A stretch of DNA of 64,000 nt. Source: Ascidiella aspersa (lineage: Eukaryota). Below are positions 23,749-33,700 of the stretch, piece by piece. Where the stretch lies: contig OZ004615.1 of the NCBI GenBank assembly GCA_963924565.1, forward strand, positions 5,890,001 through 5,954,000, in the 5' to 3' direction. Numbering within the stretch: position 1 is the stretch's first letter; the number at the start of each line of letters is the position of its first letter. The notes under the pieces are model-generated. The model was not told the origin of the DNA, made no database searches, and saw only the letters and a program-made list of their open reading frames with translations. The position numbers were made by a program, and so were the translations under genes.

Positions 23749-24944
23749 ATTGTCGCTGAGATCAAAGTGCAATTTAAAAAGCTTAACAAATAAAGCAGTA
23801 CAACTATACAGCGGAATGTTGCTCTGAAAAGAGACAGAACGTCGATTTAGAAACACGGACGTGATAGCTTTATCGCAGTCTGCGATCTTTTCAGCTCTGT
23901 CTAGCTCTAACCTCAACTGGTAACTTCACCTGCAGCAACTTTCGATTTCCGTTAACCTAAATTAAACAACGTCTTAGCAAACCCTTATTTTCTGGTGGGA
24001 ACTGACAGTGTCAGCCGCAAGCAGTACTATTGGTAAGGATTTCTCAGAATTACAGTTTGTGCGGCCTAACAGCGGCGCACTCCAAACCAAAATCCGTTTG
24101 TAGCGGCCTAATCGGGCCTTATTAGTCGCGCAAATCTGCTTGCAATAGGCCTGTACTATAACTTCCGGAGGTGGGCCCAAGCCAACAGCCTTGCACAACG
24201 TAACACATCTCTTTACCCCACTGTAACCAGCGTAACTACGATGTCTCGCTTTGAGTGAGAATGGCCGACGCCTATGTCTGTGTTGTTTGCATTACAGAGC
24301 GGGAAAAAAGGCGACGGGCGCAGTGCTCGAAATACGCTGCACTGATGGCTCGCTACGACTTTTGCACGACTGCAGACCGATAAATGCGACTTGCATATAG
24401 TTTAGTCGCTATACTTTATGGAAAGTTAAGTACTAGCCGTGAGAAACCACACTGTTTCGCAATCCCTGTCTTTCACAATAGGCTGAACAGTAAACACAAA
24501 AATGAACCACACATTGTTTTGTTTGGACACAACTGCTGGTACATTGTAGGCGCGACAGGGGGGATTGTTTTAACGCGCAACACAGATTTACTGTCAAATA
24601 AGGAAGCGACGTAGACTTGGTTTCGAGATGTAGTTTCTTCATTTGTAAAATTTTTGTAACTAGTGAAAACTAGTTTATTTCAAGTTAACACCTAGGCAAC
24701 TGACATTTTTTACTAGTTACACCTTGACGGTCTTGTCACGTTTTATGTTCATACAGTTTTACATGGAAATTTATCGGGGTTAAGTCAACTACACAAAACT
24801 CTAATAATATAAAGTCAGATATGTGCCTTTCTTAAACCGCGTTGGCAACGACAACGGCATATTTATGACTAACAATAAAACACCGGGGCCAGCAAGCCTT
24901 CTTGGAAGCTTGAAGAAAGTTGAAAAATATAGCCTGTCATAACC

Positions 24945-25475
24945 CAGACTTGGACAACTAGATAATTCTAGTTTTCTAATTCAATGAATTAGAGCAAAAT
25001 GCTTCTAATTCTACTTCTAATCTAATTTGTGAATTGCTTGTTTGCTCTAATTCTAGTTCTAATCTAATTTGGATTTTACCAAAATTGCTACTTTGTCCAA
25101 CGGCATTTTTAGTCTCTCAGTTCAAACACAGAATTTCAATTAAAATTTTCTGGTTGGAACGACTTGTATGTAATTTTTACAGTCTAACAATATAAAAATG
25201 CATACAAATTAGCACACACATATTTACCATTCACGTTCTTATAAGAATAAATTGTGATTAAATTAAATTGGTTGTAAAAACTAAATGTGATTCTAGTTCA
25301 AATTCTAGTTGAAATTGATTTTTTAGGAATTCGGTAATTCTAATTCTAATCTAATTTGAAAAACCTCAAAACGATCTAATTCTAATTCTAATCTAATTTG
25401 GAAAAACTAAAATGCTCTACTTTTAATTCTAATCTAATTTTAAAAAGCTAAAATAAATCTAGTTGTCCAAGTCTG
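24945..25475. mobile_element. hAT MITE family 2 with perfect 8-bp TSD
   Basis: tcataacc|cagacttggacaactag...ctagttgtccaagtctg|tcataacc; internal ttctaatctaat subrepeats. Confidence 0.93.
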
Positions 25476-26105
25476 TCATAACCAAAGGGTCATTGTAAGC
25501 TGTGTCCTGATCATAAGTGTTTAACGCCAGGTATTCATCAGCCTTGGTCGAGCAACTAATATCATTGTATTATACACTCGTGTGTTTGTGTATATCTGCT
25601 CTGCCATCTGTCCCTCTGAAGTTCTAATTAACGATTAACACATATTTTCATACAGCAATAGTAACTTGGTGCCGGAAATACGGATTCAAAGCATTGGCCA
25701 ACCAAGAATTTTTTTTCAACAACGGAATGACTAAAAGTTTGACCAAAAGCCATGGCATTCCGTTTACTGGCATAAGCATTTAAATTGATTGACTTAATTA
25801 GCCGGTAGCGCCAGTGGTGCAATATGATTTATTACTAAACAAATCTACATCCTTGTTTGTTTTTGGTAATTTAAATGACATGAAAAGCTTTCGTAGATCA
25901 ACCACCAAAATAAATATAAATCAAAGCTAGTCATAATATTCGAATGTTGATGTTTGGATTTTGGCTGAAATACCTCCCCACTCAAGTGGCTCTATACTTC
26001 GCAATCGAATATTCTATAAATGTTTCGGATTTTTAAAAAAGGACGATGTAGAATTCAAAAATAATATCAAACACATTAGATATTGGCAGCAACAATAGTA
26101 ATGTT

Positions 26106-26111
26106 TTTATT
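26106..26111 (-). terminator. Candidate ADAMTS polyadenylation signal (AATAAA)
   Basis: tttatt on +, at the end of a ~1.5 kb tract that is U-rich on the minus strand; GU-rich tgtgtttg about 35 nt downstream. Confidence 0.5.
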
Positions 26112-27579
26112 CACTTAAGCCTAAGGAATTACAAGAAACGAAGATTATTGCTAGTGAGCAACAGTTTTTTTAAAGTAGATTGTAATTTTGTTTCTGGTGT
26201 AGTAAAGAATACCAAGAAATTAAATCTATAAAACAAATCAGAAAAAAGTGCCACAAACGTATTTCTTTTTGTTTCGCGACTAACGAACGTCTTAGCAAGT
26301 AAACACTTAAATTAAAGAAAACTGATCTACGGCAGGCTCTCTTGTTAAACACTCAGCTATCGCCTGACATTCGATAGATAAAACAAACAAACAAAGACAA
26401 CTGGTTTTGCTCTTTTACAAAAATAGCTTATAATTTCCCCAATTCTTTCGACGTAGAAAGGGAAATAAGGCAATGAAAGTAATATTGACCACCGACTGCA
26501 CAAAAAAGAGAGAAAGACTCAGCAACGAACAAAACACATAATATAAAGAAATGAAAAAAACAACAACAACAACAAAGACTGAAAGCGAAAAAGGGAATTT
26601 CGCAAGATTGGAACTCGAAACGCAAGAAGGTATTTGTGCGACAAGATAGACTAAAATAGCGCCCTATATGTGAAAAATGTAATGATATAACGATGGGTTT
26701 AAGCCCCTTGCTTCAAGAGTTTATCTTACTGAAACTACTGGCAAAGACATAAAAACTATAGGAGCTGTATACTACTGTTGAGGTCTTATGGAACTTGAGA
26801 TAAACGGCAAGATTCTGGGTTTTACGTTTACCAAATAGTAAAATGCAGTAGATTTATGCTTACGCCGCACCGTTACGTCTTGTAAAGCTGCGAACAATGC
26901 AGAAAGGGGCGAACAAGGCAGAAAGGGGCAAACAACAGTATGCTGAACGTCAACTTAAAATAGCAAAGCAACAAACCGCAATAATACTGCTAAACGAACA
27001 TTCGCCGCTGCACATTTACAAGTGTTCGACCATAATTATCTCCAACTTTCGTTAAATATCGCGAGGAACTGACAGGTTTCAAAGTTCAGGAGGTCCTGTA
27101 ACGCAGAATGACTTAAACTAATACTTCTATTGCTTATAAAAGCGACTGCAATCATTTGCGCAGAAATTGGCCGGACGTAATGGCAAGCGACAGAAAAAGT
27201 GCACGGCGGTTGCGGCCGCTGGGTGGCAGAAACAAACGGCGGGCACAGCTATCACCATGACAACGCACTGCGTGTGTCAAGCTTTGGGGCGCGCGCGATA
27301 AGCAAAAATTTAAACAGCGAAATAAACCAAGCAAAGGCGACTGGAAAAAATAAATAAAAAGGTTGGGCACGCGTTTTTTTCGGCGAAAAAATAGGCTGCT
27401 GTCCAGCGGGCTTCTTTTTCGCGCCCGGGGGGTGAAGCTCACCCCTCCTTCCGAGGGGGCTTTCCCCGGATTTGGAAAGCCGGCGGCGGCGCGCACAGTA
27501 TCTTGGCTGCGGCGGACTAAATACAAAAAGCGCACGGGCCGGCACGTGACGTCACTGACTGACGGCTGCGATGACATCA

Positions 27580-27763
27580 TCAGGTGCCTCGAAAGTGGTC
27601 GCGCGGGCGCGTTAGGCCCTGGTCCCAGTCCAGGCCCGGCTGCCGGTAGTTGCAGCGCGCCGGGTGCGCCCGGGCCCCGGGGAAGCCCCGCTTGAATTCG
27701 CGACACGCAGAGCTGTGGTGCGAGGGGAATCCCCGGCGTCGCGAGGACTTGTGCGGCAGGCGC
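27580..27763 (-). CDS. ADAMTS2/3/14: ADAMTS terminal exon T (cationic tail)
   Basis: ttctcacag|[60 protein letters not shown]; in phase with exon S. Confidence 0.75.
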
Positions 27764-30700
27764 CTGTGAGAAAAGGAAAAGTCTTATTGCTGGCTAATTA
27801 GGGTGCATTAAGACTAGGTAATGTGTGGAAATTTTAACTGAAAATCTTGTTCATTTGTCGAGTTGTGGGACTTTTGTTTTTTAACCAAATTTGAATTTTT
27901 TACGTTTATACATATTTAAACGAATATTTATAAACTATCCCCCTAAAACTGGCGGTCGAGTAATGGCCTTTTTGGAAGAGTAGACTCGTAGGGATCATCC
28001 TATATGAGTCACTTTAAACGTTTAAAAATGTTAAGTCCGAAAAGGCTGAATATTAATATTTTTTTTTGTTGATAATTTCTAATGGCTGGCTAAGTTATAG
28101 GTTGCTTTGAGTAATGTGTGAACATTTCTGATTGATATCTTTTTACTTCCGGAGATATTACACAATAAAATCCAGCTGCATGCTTATCTTTGGTATAAAA
28201 AGAGGTATCGGGTTTTGTGGTGCATTGGTGGATTACAAGATTAAACTATCGGTTGGTCAACGGTTTAATCATAATTTTACCTTTTAACACATTGAGTTAG
28301 AATTGGTCAACAATCGAACAGTGTACACTTTAAATGTGTTGAATTAGAATTGGTCTACATTCTAACAGTTTACGCTTTAAATGTGTAGAATTCAAATTGG
28401 TGAGCATTATAGCACTTAACACTTTTGATACGTTGAGTTAGAATAGAACCGCGTAAAACGGTTAAGAAACACTGTGCCAGATCACAGATATACCCACGTG
28501 TCTACATAATGGTTGTGTGTGTTTCAATATTGGGTCAATTCTCATTGCAAATCGATGCTAATTTCAAGTCAATATTTCGCCGAAGGCAAGTAACTGTACT
28601 TACAAGTAGCACGGCACCACGCAGCGTGACGATGATGACGTCACAGGATGTCGACACGCGGATGACGTCACCCAGGCCGACCGGCTCTCGTTCCAGCAGC
28701 CGTATATGGCGCGTCTGCGGAGAGACAAAGTCGGTTAATTGACTAATTAACGCAATAAAACTTTTGCTCGAGCACGCCCGCCCACCACCATTAGCCGTCA
28801 CGTTAGCGGAAATGACGCGAGAGAAATGGCATATTTGCCTAACTTCCGGTATTAAACGAAGGCGGTGTTCCCTCGCCGTGTATGCTAACGGCGAGCTATC
28901 CATGTATACGCGTTGTCGTTGCAATTAGGTTGGCTAAATTGGATAATGTGTAGGCCTTCGTGCAAGGTTAGGGAGCAAACTTTTTAACTTTTTAACTGTT
29001 GAATTCAAAAAGTTTCCAGCCTCCGACCACCTCTGACATATTCATCCCGAAAATTGACTAAAAGTATTTTTGAAACAAAAAATGTGGCCGGCTTTTAAAG
29101 ACTAAATAGGCTTAGAGAATCTTCGGTCATAGCGAAATGACCTCTTCAGGCAATAAGTTCAATTTTACATATAGGCCTCTGTCATAAAGGTAATGTCCTA
29201 TGTCGTGTTTACGTCATGTCTTACATGTAAAAAGTTATTCAAGAAGATCTTCAATTTCACTTGTATTTTATTGAAATCAATCTGCTTAAATTTATTAGCA
29301 ACGATATAATCATTTTTTATTTAAACCAGGCAAAATTCGTCTTAAAATCGCAGGATTGAAAATTCCTTATGCTCAATTTTCGTTTCATTGTTTTACTTCT
29401 AAATCAAACCTTTTCTTTAAACAAATGATCATCTTTCAAATATACACTAATATTTGAATTAGGCCTTCACTGACCCCTTAAAACTAGTTTACGTACCCTC
29501 AAAGGGTCCATGGACCCCAAGAACCCCTGTTTTAAAGGCAATACTAAATGTAAAGCCGAATGCTTGCTCAAGGTCAAGGATTATTGCTTTCTTGTTTCCA
29601 ACAAAACTCGATGGTCGATGACGAAAATGAATGAACTTCAAATTAAATCGAGTCATTCATATATCGCAGAGCTGGCAAAATCTTACCTTTTCCCGACGCC
29701 GCATCCCATCTCTGAGCCGCACATGCCCCATTCGCGAAACACGCTCCGAACCGATCTCCTACGCCGTCTAGCGGCAGCGGAAATCTCCTCCGAATCAGGA
29801 TTCTCGGCGTCGAGCAACGACTGGGGAGTGCTCCGGGTCCTGTTTACTTGCGGCGAGAGAGTCTGGATGACTTCGCGGACCCCGGAGTTTGCGTCTGGAT
29901 CGTGATCTTCTTCTTCGTCTTCTTCATCTTCATAGTCGTCCAGAACTGCTTCCCGGTCAACATCCTCGTCTCCGACATCTCGGATCGCTTCCTCCTCACC
30001 TTGAAGAGCGGAGGGATTTGGGACGACCTCCGGATGCAGGAAGACCTCGCCGTGAACGGTGGTGAGGCGCGTCAAGTTAAGGTTGTTGAGCGCGGACTGC
30101 GAAAAGCAGATTTGTTAATGAGAATCGCAGATAAATAGGTTGAACAAAAGCAAGTCATTCGAATTCAGCTTTGATTTTCAAGGTGGAGAAGGTAAAAGAC
30201 AATTTTTTTATGAATTCATTTTATTTCTAGCAATATTTCGCGTATTTTCCAAAATTGTATTTAATTGAAGCGCTCAATTTTAATCTAAATCATTCGCCAA
30301 ATTCACTAAAGTACAACTTAAATAATTTATGCAAAAGGCTTAAGTCATGCGATTTAAAAAGCAATGACTAGCACTTTTTAAGTGTTTGACACCAATCAAA
30401 ACTGTTTTAAACAAACTTTTTACTTCTTTCTTTTATTTCTTTTTCTACAGCGCCATATGGAAAAAGGTTTTATTAAAATGGGCAAAACCTAACAAAAAAT
30501 TGAAAAAAAACGGCATTTAACATAATTTAAAAACATAGTTTTCGGTTTCTATATGGCCTTGTACCTATTTGGTAATTCAGAAAAGCTTTAATCACTTTTC
30601 GAGAATTAAAACTGTGCTTAAAGAATAGATTTTGCACATTTATTGATAACTTGGTCAAACTCAAATTCCAAAGCGTTTTGACGCCCAGCCAGAAATCCAG

Positions 30701-33700
30701 GGCGTCCAAAAACGCTCTGTACACCCCAGTGTTGTAATAACTTATGTCATTGACTTGACTTTAGGGCACTTAAAACACTGTTTTCCTATGACTTGACTTG
30801 ACTTGCCTTAAGTTTTTTGACCAAAATAACTTGACTTGACTTAAATCTTTTGGACAAATGACTCGACATGGTTTGTCAAATAACTTGGGATAAATTAAGT
30901 GTTTTTCTTTAAAATTTATCTCGAGTTTTGCACATTAAACACTTTTATTACCGTATATTGCATTTGTGGTATTTTTTAGTTAAATTGTTTCTTATAATCG
31001 GACGAGTTTACCAATTTTAATAGTTTAACAGTTTACTTTTATGTCAATAACATGACCTGAAATTGACTTGCTCTCATAATGACTTGACTAGGACTTGACT
31101 TGTTATTTTTTGCAAAAGACTTGCCTTGGACGAAGTTATTTTTTAAATGACTCGACTGTAATTTGAGGAATTTTAAATGACTTGTTTACAACACTGGACA
31201 TCCACATTCGGCACCAAAGCTCCAAAGTCTTTCACAACTAGAAGCGCAAATGCTCTTACTTGATTGTTTCCGTACAGCGAATCGTTGTTGAAATACCGCG
31301 AGACGGCGTCGCTGAGCAGATGACGTACCGCTGGCACCTCGCCAGGTGCTTCCCCGTACTGACGTCGGTGCTTGCGGCACGAGCGGCAACACAAACTGCG
31401 GTAACCCTTGATCTCACAGTAGCTCGAGATTGCCTTCAGCTTGCAGAAGATCGACTGGTCGGTGGTGCATTCGCTTTCTGCGCGAATGAAGAGGGTTTGG
31501 ACGCTTTTTAAAACTTTACAAATATATATATCATGTTTTAAACTTGGGTAAACTATGCACGGATCTGTAATGTAGCTTGATAATAAATTGCAAAGCCAAA
31601 AAGGTCGATAGATCGACAACGTCTTATTCAAGAAGATGTCGATCTACCCGACCTTTTTGGCTTTGCAATTTATTATCATGTTTTAAACTATTGGGTGCAT
31701 AATGGCTCACAAATGGTGGCCAAAAAGACCAAAACCGAGACGCAATGCCTTATATGCCTCGACAAAATATTACATCCAATTCCAAAGTAGGTAAAACATA
31801 AAATCCTGATTGAAAAACAAACATCACGTGTCCATACTGAAGTAGGTGGCATTTTATAAACGCTTTAAATAAAGTTGGAAGATTTATTTCAAACTTTTAC
31901 GAAATGTTTTACCTACTTCTTTATGGGAGATTTTCGTTTGAGACTTTTGAGGCATTGTTTCTCGTTTTGGACTGTCATTTTTTTTAGTGACCAACAAGTT
32001 TAAAGCGCCTGGAAAAAGCTCTCGTGTGGATAATGTGCAACACAAGGTAAAAGGTTTTTGTCTTGGTTTGTATAAATTATTATTTCGGCCAAGAGATCAA
32101 GGTATTGTCTTTAGTGAGAAATGTTTATACTGATGACGCTAAAATAAATTTTCCACGATACTGATAGCAATTCCAGCAAATTTGTCATTAAGGGATCATT
32201 GGACAAAACACAGTAAGTTACAAAAATACATCCAAGAACTTATTATAATATGTATAAGTAAACTAGCAAAGCGTATAGTCAAAAACAAAAGCAAGGCCAC
32301 TGCTTAAGCTTAAGCAATATTCGCAAACAAGCAAGCACCAAGAATATGCAGTAACGATAAAGCACTCTTACAAGTTAACCTACTTGTTTAATTTTTTTTT
32401 TCAAAACTATAATAAAACGTTTTTCTCGCAAAACTACCTTTCTTTGACTTGTCGCGTGACCGGGATGAGCTGCCGGATGTTGGGCGAAAGCGCCTGCCTA
32501 GGGGTACAAGCGCAGTCAGTATTCGGCGAAGCGTTATGGAACGAAGGCAAAAGCAAAGCCACCGGTGCAAATATAAACACACATGCATATATATATGGCA
32601 AAAGGCAAAGGTCTAACCGACTAACTCGATAGCTAGGGATGTCCGATACTTGGCATTTTATTCCGATACAGATACCCGATATTTTAAACAAAAATTATCT
32701 AATTCGATCCTATACCAAATGAAGTCGTTGATATGCTTAAACAAGCAAAATCAAATCGTTTAAATATCATGTTTTCCAGGTTAATATGTCAAAATTTTCT
32801 TCAGTGTTTTTAGGTTAGTTACTTATAGTCGTTAACCTAATAATATTTGATCAATTTGTTGGCATCAGGTATCGGCTCCGATCTGATATTATTGGACATC
32901 CCTAACTATAAGAATAAATCTTTAGGTAGACTTGAAACTAAACCAAAGTCAAATGTTTTACGAGAGTAATAGAAATTACTTTTTTGGGAAAAAAGACTTG
33001 GGACTAGTTTGGTTTCATTTCTGTTTTCTAGTCATTTGCTTTAAAATCAATTTTGTTGTGTGTGATAAATTTAAGTAAAATGTCAGTTAAACAAAATGAT
33101 ATAAACTATTAAAATATTCACCACAAGCGTTTTAAATATTCGCCACAAGCTTCAAAAATACAGCATTGGTTTAGCCTTTGTCAGTGCAAAAAAGCTTATC
33201 AAACAAATATATGAGCTATCTATACGATACAATAAATTGAAATCAATTAATATTTAATTGAAAATCTATTGTCTGTTCAGCTTACGTTCGCAATCGGCTA
33301 GTTGACAGGTTTTCACGTCGAGGGGGCGTGTCTCGAGGCAGTTGGGCGAGGCGTAGGTGGTTCCCCGGCCTCTGCAGATGACCTGACGTCGTTGAATGCC
33401 TTCGCCACAGGTTGCCGAGCACTGGGGACAGAAAAGAGTTGATTTTTTTTAATAAAGGGTTAATTTTGACATTTGTAAAGTTAGGCGCGGTGGTTTGCTA
33501 AGTAGGTTAAGTTAAACCCGGGAAGGAAATATTTCATTCGCAATGTAAAATATACTCAAAGTATTTTACTGATAACACTGATTTTATAAAATAAAAACAA
33601 ACTAGCAAATCGCACTTAGCTGACAACGAGAAATACAAAATGGAATGCACCGATATATATTAAACTTAGGGCAACGCTGTATAATAGTGAACGCGCAAAC

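Noticed and set aside
27152-27706. 184-aa Gly/Pro-rich minus ORF and 110-aa plus ORF (collagen-like look)
   Set aside because: Off-frame or antisense readings of GC-rich exon T and its 3'UTR; the phase from exon S selects the frame ending at 27580; no sustained Gly-X-Y
29122-29155. CUGAAGA-GGUCAU-loop-AUGACC-GAAG on the minus strand, a partial hammerhead
   Set aside because: Stem II is perfect but A15, the NUH triplet and the stem I partner are missing; at most a truncated remnant
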